Assembly (NCBI GenBank): GCA_944391615.1
Contig: CALXUE010000001.1
Span: forward strand, 134,550-198,549
DNA: 64,000 nt
Direction of reading: 5' to 3'
From: an uncultured Alphaproteobacteria bacterium
GTDB taxonomy: Bacteria > Pseudomonadota > Alphaproteobacteria > RF32 > CAG-239
Below, one piece after another: positions 7,434 to 18,197 of this stretch (its first letter is position 1; the number at the start of each line of letters is the position of its first letter). The notes under the pieces were generated by a model. That model made no database searches and had not been told where the DNA came from. It saw only the letters and a program-made list of their open reading frames with translations. A program made the position numbers and the translations under genes.

Positions 7434-9954
7434 GGGCAATCTCCTCCACCTCATAACATTCAATAAAGTCGCCCACTTGAATGTCGTTGTAGTTTTCAAA
7501 ACTCATACCACATTCATAACCGGATTTAACTTCACGAACATCTTCCTTAAAGCGTTTGAGCTGAGCCAAAGCCCCGTCATGAATAACCACGTTGTCACGC
7601 AACAAGCGCACTTTAGCTCCACGTTTAACAAAACCTTCGGTAACCATACATCCACCGACTTTGCCAACACCGGTAATGTTGAAGACATTACGAATTTCGG
7701 CATAACCGATAATCTTTTCTTTAAGTTCAGGTGACAACATACCCACCAAAGCTTTCTTGATATCATCAACCACATCATAAATGATAGAATAATAACGAAT
7801 ATCAACACCATCTTGACGGGCAAGATCACGCGCATGCGGAATAGCACGAACATTAAACCCGATAATAAACGCATTAGAAGCCTTAGCTAAAGTCACATCA
7901 GAATCTGAAATTGGACCAACTGCAGAGTGAAGAATTTGAACGGTAACTTCATCATTAGAGAGCTTTTTCAACGTACCCTCAATCGCTTCAATCGAACCTT
8001 GAACATCTGCTTTGATAATAACCGGAAGATGCTTAACCTCACCGGATTTAATTTTATCAAGCATTTGCTCCATAGCAGATTTTGCGCTTTTAACCAATTT
8101 TGCATCACGTTCTTTACGAATACGATAACCGGTAACTTCCTTTGCCTGAGCCTCGTCTTTAACAATAACAAAATCATCACCGGCAGCCGGAGTTCCTTGC
8201 AAGCCCAAGATTTCAACCGGCGTAGCAGGCTTAGCTTCCGTAACTTTTTTGCCATGTTCGTTAAACATTGCACGAATGTGTCCCCATTCCTTACCGGCAA
8301 TACAAATATCACCGACATGAAGAGTACCATTCTGGACCAAAACAGTAGCCACAGAGCCACGGCCTTTTTCCATTTTAGCCTCAATAACGGCGCCTTGAGC
8401 CAAACGGTTTGGATTAGCTTTCAAATCCAAAATTTCAGCCTGTAACAAAATAGCCTCAACCAATTTATCAATATTGATGCGTTTTTTAGCCGAAACTTCA
8501 GCACACAAACAGTCACCCCCCATTTCCTCAACAGCAATACCATGTTGCAAAAGTGCTGTTTTAACTTTCATGGGGTCTGCCCCTGGCAAATCGATTTTAT
8601 TAATTGCCACCACAATAGGCACTTCAGCAGCTTGAGCATGGCGAATAGCTTCAATAGTTTGCGGCATAATACCATCATTAGCGGCCACCACCAACACCAC
8701 AATATCCGTCACCTTAGCACCACGTGCACGCATTTCTGAAAAGGCTTCATGCCCCGGCGTATCAATAAAGGTAATTTTTTTGCCACCGGCAACTTCAATT
8801 TGATAAGCACCGATATGTTGCGTAATACCGCCGGCTTCATGAGAGGCAACATTCGTCTCGCGCAAAGCATCCAAAAGGGACGTTTTACCATGATCAACAT
8901 GTCCCATAACAGTAACAACCGGAGGTCTGGGCATAAGCTCGTCTTCCGTATCTTTCGGGCCGGTCAAGCCTTGTTCAACATCGCTATCAGCCACACGTTT
9001 AACCTTATGACCAAACTCTTCCACCACAATCTGTGCCGTATCAGCATCAATCGGTTGGTTAATAGTAGCCATAACGCCTAAAGACATTAATTTTTTAATA
9101 ACCTCAGCACTTTTTTCAGCCATACGGTTAGCCAATTCCTGTACAGTAATAATTTCAGGAATAACCACTTCTTTAACGATTTTTTCTTGTGGTTGCTGAG
9201 GAGCTTGTTGTGGTTTAGGCTGTTTTTTCTTAAAACGTCTGCGGGGAGCCCCAAAACCATAATCATCATCGTCATCATCACTCATTCCCATAACACTGTG
9301 CAGACTGACTTTAGCATTGCGGCGTTGCGGTTCAAAGCTGCGTTTTGTAATTTTTTTGCGCTCTTGCTCAAAAACTTCTTCTTTGCTCATAGACTTTTTA
9401 GAGTGACGATTATCACTAACATCATCATCCTCATCGTCATCATCATCAAAATCGCGAACTTTTTTATCTTTAGCTTTGTTGGTTGCGCGTTCACTTTCCA
9501 CGGCAGCCTTTTCAGGATTAAAGTCAGCGGCGGCAGGTGCATTGACTTTACTCTGAGCAGAACCAGCTTTTTCTTCTTTTTTAGAGGTTGGTTTGATATC
9601 GACTTCAGCTTTTTGTTGAGCCTTTTGCTCTTCTTGTGCTTGTTGAGCCTTCAAGGCCTCTTCTTGTTCTTTACGCAACAACCGCTGGCGTTCTTTTTCT
9701 TCTTCTTCGAGGCGGCGTTTAGCTTCATGTTCTTTAGCCTCGGCAATAAGTTTTAATTTAGCTGCGGTAGCATCATCAATTTGAACCTTTTTTTCTTCAG
9801 GTTTTTGGCCTGAAATAATTCTTTTTTTGCGCACCTCGACCTGCACAACTTTTTTGCCATCATTTTGATGGCGAGAAGCATCTCCCACATTTTTAAGCGT
9901 AAGGGTAGACTTACCTGATAATGTTAACCTGCTTTTTGCATTATCTTCACTCAT
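7423..9954 (-). CDS. infB: Translation initiation factor IF-2
   Basis: GTPase motifs [14 protein letters not shown] and DTPGHEAF. Start taken at [10 protein letters not shown] (9954) rather than the ORF-track start 9975. Order ylxR-nusA-rimP is conserved. Confidence 0.9.
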
Positions 9955-9981
9955 AAACAAAATTCTCCAAATCAAAAAAAA

Positions 9982-10548
9982 TTAAGCATCCAAAAACTGT
10001 TTATAATGTTTCAACTCTTTATAAACGGAATCAGCCATTTTTCCTTTCAAAAAAACAGCATGAACAGTATTTATTTTATCCAGTGCCTTATCCAACTCCT
10101 CCACGGTAAACAAAGTCAAAACATCCAGTTCTTGGGCAGCGGCGGCAATTTTTTGGTGACCATCATTTCCGGCATCAATTGCCTCCAAAACGAAAGCAGC
10201 CTTATGTTTAGCAAGGGCTTCTTTAACCTTATCAAAACCGGTCACAAACTGTCCGGCTTTGCGAGTCAAGTTAATCATTTCGAGACAATGTTTTTTCAAC
10301 AAAGCCTCAACCAAAGCCACCAGATTATCATCAGCACGCGCGGCACCTTTGGTAGCTTTGGCAAACAAATTTTTAGAAACAGCGGTTTGCAGCATAGATT
10401 TTGAACAAGATACATACACGCCTTTACCCGACAATTTTTTCTTAAAATCGGGAATAATAGCACCATCAACGGAGACAAACCTCAGCAAATCGTCCTGAGG
10501 CAAAACCTCTCCGGAAACAATACATTTACGTGTTACAATTTCATTCAT
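9982..10548 (-). CDS. YlxR (DUF448) / L7Ae-like RNA-binding protein of the nusA-infB operon
   Basis: Position between nusA and infB. N-terminal KCIVSGEVLPQDDLLRFV motif. Confidence 0.7.
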   Translation of the reverse strand: MNEIVTRKCIVSGEVLPQDDLLRFVSVDGAIIPDFKKKLSGKGVYVSCSKSMLQTAVSKNLFAKATKGAARADDNLVALVEALLKKHCLEMINLTRKAGQFVTGFDKVKEALAKHKAAFVLEAIDAGNDGHQKIAAAAQELDVLTLFTVEELDKALDKINTVHAVFLKGKMADSVYKELKHYKQFLDA

Positions 10549-10609
10549 TCAAAACACACTTTCAAAACGAAGCTTTGAGTCTGGACGAACCAGACTCAAA
10601 GAAAACAAA

Positions 10610-12148
10610 TTACTTATCAGCATCACCTTCATTTTGGAACCAATGCTCACGAGCTTCCATAATGATTTTGTTAGCCTCAGTCTGAGAAATAACATTATCA
10701 CCAAGCATTTCGATAAGTTCATCAGCAGCCAAATCACCAAGGTCATCCAAGGTTTTAATCCCTTTTTCAGCCAAAGTAATAATCATATCTTGGTCCAGAC
10801 CCTCCACATTCATAAGAGCATCATCGATTCCCAAAGATTTTTTCTTATCAGCAAAATCAGCCTCGCGTTTTGCCACAAATTCTTTGGCTCTGGCTTGCAA
10901 TTCTTTGGCAACATCATCATCAAACCCTTCAATAGAAGATAGTTCAGACAAGTCGACCATAGCCACTTCATCAACGGTGGAGAAACCTTCGGCAATCAAG
11001 AGATGGGCAATCATCTCGTCAACATCCAAAGCGTCCATAAAGCGTTGAGAGCGAACTTTATTTTCATTAGAGCGACGTTCTTGCTCTTGTTCTTCAGTCA
11101 AAACATCAATATCACAACCCAAGAGCTGAGAAGCAAGCTTAACATTTTGCCCTCTACGACCGATAGCCAAAGAAAATTGGTCTTGAGCCACAACAGCCTC
11201 AATGCGATTATTTTCTTCATCGAGCACAACTTTTGTAACCTCAGCCGGAGCCAAAGCACTAACAATATATTGAGCTTTGTCTTCAGAATAAGGCACAACA
11301 TCAATCTTTTCACCTTGAAGTTCATTAACCACGGCCTGCACACGAATACCACGCAAACCGACGCAAGCACCAACGGCATCAACCGTAACATCTTCAGCTT
11401 TAACGGCAATTTTAGCCTTTGAGCCTGGGTCGCGAGCCACACCCATAATTTTCACAATACCATCATAAATTTCCGGCACTTCTTGCGTAAAGAGTTTAGC
11501 CAAGAATTCAGGACAAGTACGAGACAAAAAGATTTGCGGACCTCTGTTTTCGCGGCGCACATCCAAAACATAAGCTCTGATTCTGTCACCATTTTTGAAT
11601 TTTTCTCTCGGAATAATTTCATCACGGCGCAAAATAGCCTCTGTTTTACCAATATCAAGCACCACATTTCCAAATTCGATTCTCTTAACGGTACCGTTAA
11701 CAATAGTGCCGATTTTTTCTTTATATTCCTCAAACTGCTTATTACGCTCAGCTTCGCGGACTTTTTGCACAATAACCTGTTTAGCGGTTTGTGCAGCAAT
11801 ACGACCAAAATCAATCGGAGGAAGTTCATCAATCAAGAAATCACCGACTTTTGCATCAGACTTATATTTTTTAGCCAAAGAGAGTGGAAGTTGAGCAGCT
11901 TCATTTTCAATCAAAGCATCATCATCCACCACTTCACGATAGCGTGACAAAGAAATAGCACCGGTTTTGCGGTCTATTTTGGCTCTAATATCATGTTCTG
12001 CGCCGTATTTAGAACGTGCACCTTTTTGAATAGCCACTTCCATAGCCACAAAAACATCTTCGCGGTCAATATTTTTTTCACGAGCAACCGTATCCGCCAC
12101 CAAAACAATTTCTGGTCTGGGCATGTTTTCGATATTTTCCATAATCAA
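10610..12148 (-). CDS. nusA: Transcription termination/antitermination factor NusA
   Basis: ADTVAREKNIDREDVFVAMEVAIQKGARSKYG; S1/KH region; 512 aa including the C-terminal acidic repeats. Confidence 0.9.
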   Translation of the reverse strand: MIMENIENMPRPEIVLVADTVAREKNIDREDVFVAMEVAIQKGARSKYGAEHDIRAKIDRKTGAISLSRYREVVDDDALIENEAAQLPLSLAKKYKSDAKVGDFLIDELPPIDFGRIAAQTAKQVIVQKVREAERNKQFEEYKEKIGTIVNGTVKRIEFGNVVLDIGKTEAILRRDEIIPREKFKNGDRIRAYVLDVRRENRGPQIFLSRTCPEFLAKLFTQEVPEIYDGIVKIMGVARDPGSKAKIAVKAEDVTVDAVGACVGLRGIRVQAVVNELQGEKIDVVPYSEDKAQYIVSALAPAEVTKVVLDEENNRIEAVVAQDQFSLAIGRRGQNVKLASQLLGCDIDVLTEEQEQERRSNENKVRSQRFMDALDVDEMIAHLLIAEGFSTVDEVAMVDLSELSSIEGFDDDVAKELQARAKEFVAKREADFADKKKSLGIDDALMNVEGLDQDMIITLAEKGIKTLDDLGDLAADELIEMLGDNVISQTEANKIIMEAREHWFQNEGDADK

Positions 12149-12175
12149 TCCTCACAAAAATTTAGGGTTAGAAAA

Positions 12176-12676
12176 TCACAATTCGACACTATCCTGAGCA
12201 TCGGCATATTTTTGCAAAAGCTCATCGGTCAACAAAATCTTAGCTTTAGCCACATTATCAAAGGCAATACTATATTGCACACCATCCATCTCAAAAGAAA
12301 TATTCTGAGCGTCATCGATAGCCAGTATTTTACCCTTAAAACGTTTTCTGTTTTCAACTGGATGAATCGTTTCAATTTTAGCATCATATCCGGCAAACCG
12401 AGCAAAATGCTGGGGCTTGGTTAAAGGTCTGTCAATTCCCGGAGAGCTAACCTCCAAAGAATACTGGTTTTCAATCGGGTCTTTTTCATCCAACACATCA
12501 GACAATGCTCTGCTGACGGTTGCGCAATCATCCACCGTAATATCTTTGCCGTCCAAGCGATCAATCATAACTTGGAGTGTTGGGTTTTTAGCGCCTATTG
12601 TTATAACCCGCACCAATTCATAACCCAATTTTTCAACGACGGGGCTGAGCAAATCTTCCAAAGGATGTTTATCCAT
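12176..12676 (-). CDS. rimP: Ribosome maturation factor RimP
   Basis: 166 aa immediately upstream of nusA; RimP-like N-terminus. Confidence 0.8.
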   Translation of the reverse strand: MDKHPLEDLLSPVVEKLGYELVRVITIGAKNPTLQVMIDRLDGKDITVDDCATVSRALSDVLDEKDPIENQYSLEVSSPGIDRPLTKPQHFARFAGYDAKIETIHPVENRKRFKGKILAIDDAQNISFEMDGVQYSIAFDNVAKAKILLTDELLQKYADAQDSVEL

Positions 12677-12788
12677 TTACCGATTCCTTTTTATGTTAAC
12701 AAAAAAGCGGGGTTTTTGCGCCCCACTTTCAAACTAATACAATCAACTATTGTCAAGGAATATACCATAAATTTTTAAAATAGCAAGC

Positions 12789-12832
12789 AAAAAAAAGCAG
12801 GTTTCGGAATTTTCCGAAGCCTGCATATTTTT
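12789..12832 (-). terminator. Intrinsic terminator for the 12831-13271 gene
   Basis: 11-bp stem gcaggtttcgg / ccgaagcctgc with one G-U pair, loop aatttt, T8 on the minus strand. Confidence 0.6.
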
Positions 12833-13271
12833 AAGATTGTAAAGAATAGAGAGCCACCGGCCGAACCCGATACAATGGATGTATTCCCATAGAAACACTC
12901 CAAATCCGCAAATCAGCCCCGACTGCTTTATAGCAATTTTTGGGCTCTTGATCAAACCAATAGGGCGTATCCGAAGCAAGTGGGATTAGCCCGACGGTTT
13001 CACAAAGTTTGTTAAATGCCTCTCGCATCTTATTTCGCAACAGCATTTTCCAAACCTCTTTTGCCCCCATAGTTGCATAAGGTTTTGACTTTCTGTAGCT
13101 GCGGCAATATTTTTTGGCATTAGTATACCCCATTTTGCGGGGAGCCTCATCAAAAACAATAACCCCATTCACCCAAATACCGATAGCATTTTTCCCTTCA
13201 ATCGGCGTTTCAGACATCTTCAGCCCCTGATAAACAATCAACATAGGGCTCTTTTCTTGAATATTTTCCAT
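12831..13271 (-). CDS. Paralog family member C (146 aa from MENIQEK)
   Basis: Shares Y-x-x-A-x-x-YC and EVWKMLL blocks with the 5261-5800 product, and the identical 19-nt upstream motif. Confidence 0.45.
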   Translation of the reverse strand: MENIQEKSPMLIVYQGLKMSETPIEGKNAIGIWVNGVIVFDEAPRKMGYTNAKKYCRSYRKSKPYATMGAKEVWKMLLRNKMREAFNKLCETVGLIPLASDTPYWFDQEPKNCYKAVGADLRIWSVSMGIHPLYRVRPVALYSLQS

Positions 13272-13356
13272 AAATAAAAATTTATATATGACATAAAAAT
13301 AAAATAACTGCACTCAAGGTACAGTTATTTTAGACAAAAGTCAACAAAATTTTAGA

Positions 13357-14466
13357 TTAGCCGTCTTCCTGCTTCAATAAAGCGGATACGCTCACCAAAG
13401 CCGTAATCAAAATCGGCGTCCACACAGCCATAATTGAGGGAATATATCCGTTCAAACCAAAAGCATAAATCACCTGAGAGGCAAAATACACCACAAAGCC
13501 TGAGGCCACACCGCCAATAATCAAAACCATCACGCCGCCTTTACGCATATTTGGCCTGAGAGCAAACACAGCCGCAACCAAGACCATAACACACAAAAGG
13601 AAAGGCGAAGCCAACAACGACATAAACCGCATCTGATGTTTAAGAGGAGAAAAGCCGGATTTTTTATAAAAATTAATCGTATCGGGCAGTTGCCAAAAAG
13701 AAATTGCCGTCGGATCAACAAAATTTTCCTTAATACGCTCCACATCAATAGATGTTTTATAAGAAACTTTATTCAGATTTAAGCGTTTCTTCCCCGGTTC
13801 AAAAACAATCACGTCACGGAGCTCAAATTGCTTATTTTTCAACACTGCCATAAATGACTTAACCTGCCTGATAATTTGTGAGGCTTTATCAAGCTCCAAG
13901 ATATCAACATTGTATAAAAAGAGCGTATCATCATCTTGCTGATGCACAGATTTAGCCTGCATCACCAAAACATTTCCGTTTTCGCCGGCTTCTCTAATCC
14001 ATAATCCCTTGTCCGAAAACAACACCGCTTTAGGATTTTTGGTTTTAAAGCGATAATTAAGCGTTTCATAAACTTCATTAAGATAAGAAGACACCGGATT
14101 AAGCAGGGTCACATTAACCACCCCGACCAAAAACACCACAAACAGCACCGGAGCCAAAAATCCCCAAACCGAGACCCCCGCTGCGCGAATAATCACAAAC
14201 TCACTGTTTTTACTAAGCCGCCAAAACGTAATCATAGCGGCAATCATCATCACAAAGGGAAATACAATTTCAAGCGTATTTGGTAACTTGGTAAAAGCCA
14301 TTTCCAACACAAAACCAAATCCCACGTCTGGCCTATCAGCCACGCGCCGCAGCAAGTCGATAATTTCAAACATATAGACAATACCGATGACCATCAGCAG
14401 AACTCCCAAGAAGTTCCACAAAATCTGCTTCATCAAATATCGTCCCAAAATCGTATTCGGTTTCAT
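13357..14466 (-). CDS. lptG: LPS export ABC permease, LptF/LptG (YjgP/YjgQ) family, probably LptG
   Basis: 369 aa, six predicted TM segments; N-terminal LGRYLMKQILWNFLGVLL is typical of YjgQ. Confidence 0.7.
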   Translation of the reverse strand: MKPNTILGRYLMKQILWNFLGVLLMVIGIVYMFEIIDLLRRVADRPDVGFGFVLEMAFTKLPNTLEIVFPFVMMIAAMITFWRLSKNSEFVIIRAAGVSVWGFLAPVLFVVFLVGVVNVTLLNPVSSYLNEVYETLNYRFKTKNPKAVLFSDKGLWIREAGENGNVLVMQAKSVHQQDDDTLFLYNVDILELDKASQIIRQVKSFMAVLKNKQFELRDVIVFEPGKKRLNLNKVSYKTSIDVERIKENFVDPTAISFWQLPDTINFYKKSGFSPLKHQMRFMSLLASPFLLCVMVLVAAVFALRPNMRKGGVMVLIIGGVASGFVVYFASQVIYAFGLNGYIPSIMAVWTPILITALVSVSALLKQEDG

Positions 14467-14543
14467 TTACCCCAACTCAGTTCATCAAGAATAAAAGCTA
14501 ACATAGCGAAAAAGAATAATTTGTGCAACGAAAAAATCTCCAT

Positions 14544-15470
14544 CTAAAACAAATCCATAGACATATAGCGTTCATAAGCATCCGGCAAAATAACCACAAT
14601 ATTTTTGTGTTTAAACTCATTTCTGTCAGCCAAGCTTATAGCCGCCGCCAATGCAGCACCGGCCGAAACACCGATAGCCAAGCCCTCTGTTTCCGCACAA
14701 AACTTAATCATAGCGGCAGCCTCATCATCCGCCACATCAAAGACCTCATCCACCAAAGCCGCGTCATAAAACTCCGGCACAAATCCAGCACCTATACCGG
14801 GAATTTTATGAGGTCCGGCCGCATGACCGGAAAGAACGGCACTAGACTTTGGTTCAACGGCCGCCACAAACAAATCCGGATTACAAGATTTCAACGCCGA
14901 GGCGATTCCCGTAAGCGTGCCGGAAGTTCCAACCGCACAAACAAGAGCATCGACATTTCCACCGGTTTGCTCCATAATTTCCATACTTGTGCCCAGTTTA
15001 TGAGCATTTGGATTTGCAGGATTAGAAAATTGCTTAAGCATAATCACATTTTTGTTTTTTTCAGCCAAAATTTCCGCTTTTTTAATAGCGCCGCTCATAC
15101 CGTCTTCTGCCGGTGTCAAAATGATTTCCGCCCCAAACAAGCTCATAAGCTTAATTCTTTCAACCGACATATTTTCAGGCATGGTAATCACCAATTTATA
15201 CCCCTTTGCAGCACAAATAGCAGCCAAGCCGATTCCCGTATTTCCGGAAGTTGCCTCCACAAACACCGTATCTGAAGAAATTTTATGACTTTTTTCAGCC
15301 TCTTCAATCATTTTAAGGGCGACACGGTCTTTAATGGAAAAAGCCGGATTATAAGCCTCACACTTAGCCAAAATATTAGCCTTTAACTTTAGTTTTTTCA
15401 TAACATTATTCATCTTAAGCAGCGGCGTATGCCCGACCATTTCGACCACAGAATCAAAAATTTTCTTCAT
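14544..15470 (-). CDS. cysK: Cysteine synthase (O-acetylserine sulfhydrylase), PLP-dependent
   Basis: SIKDR lysine motif and TSGNTG loop. Start taken at MKKIFDSV rather than the ORF-track start 15503. Confidence 0.8.
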   Translation of the reverse strand: MKKIFDSVVEMVGHTPLLKMNNVMKKLKLKANILAKCEAYNPAFSIKDRVALKMIEEAEKSHKISSDTVFVEATSGNTGIGLAAICAAKGYKLVITMPENMSVERIKLMSLFGAEIILTPAEDGMSGAIKKAEILAEKNKNVIMLKQFSNPANPNAHKLGTSMEIMEQTGGNVDALVCAVGTSGTLTGIASALKSCNPDLFVAAVEPKSSAVLSGHAAGPHKIPGIGAGFVPEFYDAALVDEVFDVADDEAAAMIKFCAETEGLAIGVSAGAALAAAISLADRNEFKHKNIVVILPDAYERYMSMDLF

Positions 15471-15536
15471 AACATTTTTTCCTAACTTGTTTATAAAGCA
15501 CAAAATAAACTTCTTTTACAAAAGCATTTTGATAAG

Positions 15537-16172
15537 ATGGCTGTAATGTTAACAGATAAACCTAAAAAAATGATAAAAATCGCATACATATCGGTTTTAT
15601 GCGCAGTTTTTTTGATAAGCGCCGGCAACGTCCAAGCACAATCCACCAGCTTGGATGCGATATACCGTGACTTAGTACGTTCGGACAATTCGGGCTACCT
15701 CCCGATATACATAAAAAACCGAAATGCGCCGGAATTTATCATTGACGAAGAACGCGCCCAAAAAAGCCAAGAGGGACAAGAAATATATCAACTAAAAGAC
15801 CAAGATTTAATCATCAATTTTGAAGACAACCGCATCGACCAAGATGAAGTTGACAGAATGAACGCCCTAAAATGGCAACAAACCATTCAAGCCGTAAAAA
15901 ACAATATGGTCACCCCTAAAGAATTGGATGAAATAAAAAACCGTATCAAACAAAACAACCCTGATGCCATTGAAATTTATGCTTATATGAATGCCAAAGG
16001 CATCGGCGTCCAAAAAGATTTTATCAAGTCGTTCAACCTATACCGCCAAGCAGAAAAACTTGATGTTCCGCAAGCCAAAGAAAACGCCATCAAAGTATTC
16101 AAAGCCATGTCACCGGAACAAAAACAAAAGCTCTACAATCCACAACTGGGCAAAACCCCAAACCTTAACTGA
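15537..16172 (+). CDS. Secreted Sel1/TPR-like repeat protein
   Basis: Signal peptide; AYMNAKGIGVQKDFIKSFNLYRQAEKLD fits a Sel1 repeat. Confidence 0.5.
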   Translation: MAVMLTDKPKKMIKIAYISVLCAVFLISAGNVQAQSTSLDAIYRDLVRSDNSGYLPIYIKNRNAPEFIIDEERAQKSQEGQEIYQLKDQDLIINFEDNRIDQDEVDRMNALKWQQTIQAVKNNMVTPKELDEIKNRIKQNNPDAIEIYAYMNAKGIGVQKDFIKSFNLYRQAEKLDVPQAKENAIKVFKAMSPEQKQKLYNPQLGKTPNLN

Positions 16173-16659
16173 TCATTTGTTGCAAAGCCTGCCAGTGGGT
16201 ATAATTAATCTTCACTTTACCCTCAAAAATATCTTTGATTTTCACCCAACGGGCAAAACCGCGCTCTGGGGTTGACCATGGCTCGGATTTGATATAAACA
16301 TCATATTTTTCAAGATTATAAGCATAAAAGACTTGCTCATAAATATAAAACATACCGCAAGGAGGCTCATCATCTGCAAAATAAGGCACCGTTTGCTCAA
16401 ACGTCTGATCACCGCGACCAAGCATTAACTCCAAACCTGTCTCTTCATAAAGCTTGCGAAACAAACAATCATGAAAATCCTCTCCACGCAAAATACTCCC
16501 GCCCGGAAATTCAGGAACTTTTTGCTTAGGAGGAATAGTCAACAACACCCAATCATCTTTGACCAACAGCACAAAATATCCCTTTTTGTGAGACGGAACA
16601 ATGTCATCATTAAATTTCTGACGTCCATATCGGTCAAAAAAGACATTGGGTTCAAACAT
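16165..16659 (-). CDS. Nudix hydrolase
   Basis: Nudix box GGSILRGEDFHDCLFRKLYEETG. Overlaps the gmk start by 8 nt. Confidence 0.65.
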   Translation of the reverse strand: MFEPNVFFDRYGRQKFNDDIVPSHKKGYFVLLVKDDWVLLTIPPKQKVPEFPGGSILRGEDFHDCLFRKLYEETGLELMLGRGDQTFEQTVPYFADDEPPCGMFYIYEQVFYAYNLEKYDVYIKSEPWSTPERGFARWVKIKDIFEGKVKINYTHWQALQQMIS

Positions 16660-17314
16660 TTTTAGCCTCTTTCACCAAAGCATCAACAAATTCCTGTAAC
16701 CCCGGCTGACGCACACGTTTCATACGTTCACCGGAAATAATACGTTGCACTTTGCGAATAGTGTCTTCCAAATCTTCATTAATCAACACATAATCAAACT
16801 CTTTCCAGTGGCTAACCTTATCCACAAATTGCCCCATTCTCTGTTCAATCACATCCCGAGAGTCAGTTGCTCTTCCTTCCAAACGTTTTCTGAGTTCTTT
16901 AATTGAAGGCGGCAACAAATAAATGGTAACCACATCATTTGGAGCTTTTTCAAGCATTTGGCGGGCTCCCACCCAATCCATATCAAACAACACATCTTCA
17001 CCGACATTCAAAAAACTATCCACCTCAGAGCGCAAAGTTCCGTAACGATGTCCATATTGCGAATTAACTCTTTCATAAAAAGCGTCTTGTAAAATAAGCT
17101 TATCATATTCCTCCTCAGAGATAAAATGATAATCAACACCATCCACTTCACCTTCACGCGGTGCGCGCGTTGTCACCGAAACCGAAAACTTAATATGAGG
17201 GTCGCGCGCCAAAACCTCTTTACACACAGCCCCTTTTCCCGTACCGGAAGGACCTTCAACAATAAACATTGCGCCGCGTCTGACTTTTTTCAAATAATCA
17301 ATAGCACCACTCAT
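16652..17314 (-). CDS. gmk: Guanylate kinase
   Basis: P-loop GPSGTGKGAV; 220 aa. Confidence 0.8.
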   Translation of the reverse strand: MSGAIDYLKKVRRGAMFIVEGPSGTGKGAVCKEVLARDPHIKFSVSVTTRAPREGEVDGVDYHFISEEEYDKLILQDAFYERVNSQYGHRYGTLRSEVDSFLNVGEDVLFDMDWVGARQMLEKAPNDVVTIYLLPPSIKELRKRLEGRATDSRDVIEQRMGQFVDKVSHWKEFDYVLINEDLEDTIRKVQRIISGERMKRVRQPGLQEFVDALVKEAKNV

Positions 17315-17409
17315 ACCTTGCCCCTTTTCAAAAACATAAAAGACTATTTTAATTTAGATAAATATAGATTAAACTATCTCCAAAATAATTCAACAAGGAA
17401 ATAAACAAG

Positions 17410-18186
17410 ATGCAAAAAACCCGTAACAAAAATATATTAATAACCGGAGCCTCCTCAGGTATTGGAGAGGCTTTGGCGCTAGAATACGCCAAAACCACGG
17501 CAAAAAATTTATTCATATGCGGCCGTAACGAAAAGCGCCTGAACGAGGTAGCGCGCAAAGCAACAGAACTTGGTGCCAAAGTCCACACCAAAATCATAGA
17601 TGTTTCGAGCCGTTCTGAAATGGAAAAATGGTTGGAAGAATGTCATCAAACAGCACCATTAAACTTGGTTATAGCCAATGCGGGAACAAGCAGTGTGGGT
17701 GAAACATTGGATTCGGTATACAACACATTTAACACCAACTTATATGGTGTATTAAACACGATTCTTCCCGCTATTGAGTTATATCGAAAAACCCCGATAA
17801 GCAGTCCCGCAAACCGTCCGAGCATAGCCGTTGTCAGCTCCATGGCAGGGTATCACGGCCTTGCCACCTGCCCGTCATACAGTGCAAGCAAAGCGGCCGT
17901 AAAAGCCTATGGTGAAGCCTTAAGGGTCAAACTCAAACCTGAAGGAATTAATGTAAGTGTAATCTGCCCTGGGTTTGTTCGCTCCCGTATCACAGACCAA
18001 AACACCTGCCCCATGCCTTTCTTTATGGAAGCCTCAGAAGCTGCCAAAATCATTGTAAAGGGAATAGAGAACAACAAAAGCATAATCTCATTCCCATTGC
18101 CTTTACGTTTTGTAGTGTGGTTAGCTTCGATTCTGCCCAATTGCATAAGTGACTATCTTTATGGCAAGCTCCCGAAAAAAGCTTAA
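17410..18186 (+). CDS. Short-chain dehydrogenase/reductase
   Basis: TGASSGIGEA Rossmann motif; YSASK active-site motif. Confidence 0.8.
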   Translation: MQKTRNKNILITGASSGIGEALALEYAKTTAKNLFICGRNEKRLNEVARKATELGAKVHTKIIDVSSRSEMEKWLEECHQTAPLNLVIANAGTSSVGETLDSVYNTFNTNLYGVLNTILPAIELYRKTPISSPANRPSIAVVSSMAGYHGLATCPSYSASKAAVKAYGEALRVKLKPEGINVSVICPGFVRSRITDQNTCPMPFFMEASEAAKIIVKGIENNKSIISFPLPLRFVVWLASILPNCISDYLYGKLPKKA

Positions 18187-18197
18187 ATTAAATAAGG

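Noticed and set aside
6589-7499. Small ORFs in the repeat tract (6589-6834, 7212-7499)
   Set aside because: They span repeat copies and have hydrophobic low-complexity products. No RBS is apparent (not checked base by base). I treat them as noncoding.
7503-9756. Alternative-frame or antisense ORFs within infB (7503-7874, 7927-8445, 9187-9756)
   Set aside because: infB is unambiguous. The 9187-9756 ORF only reflects the antisense of the Lys/Glu/Asp-rich low-complexity N-terminal region.
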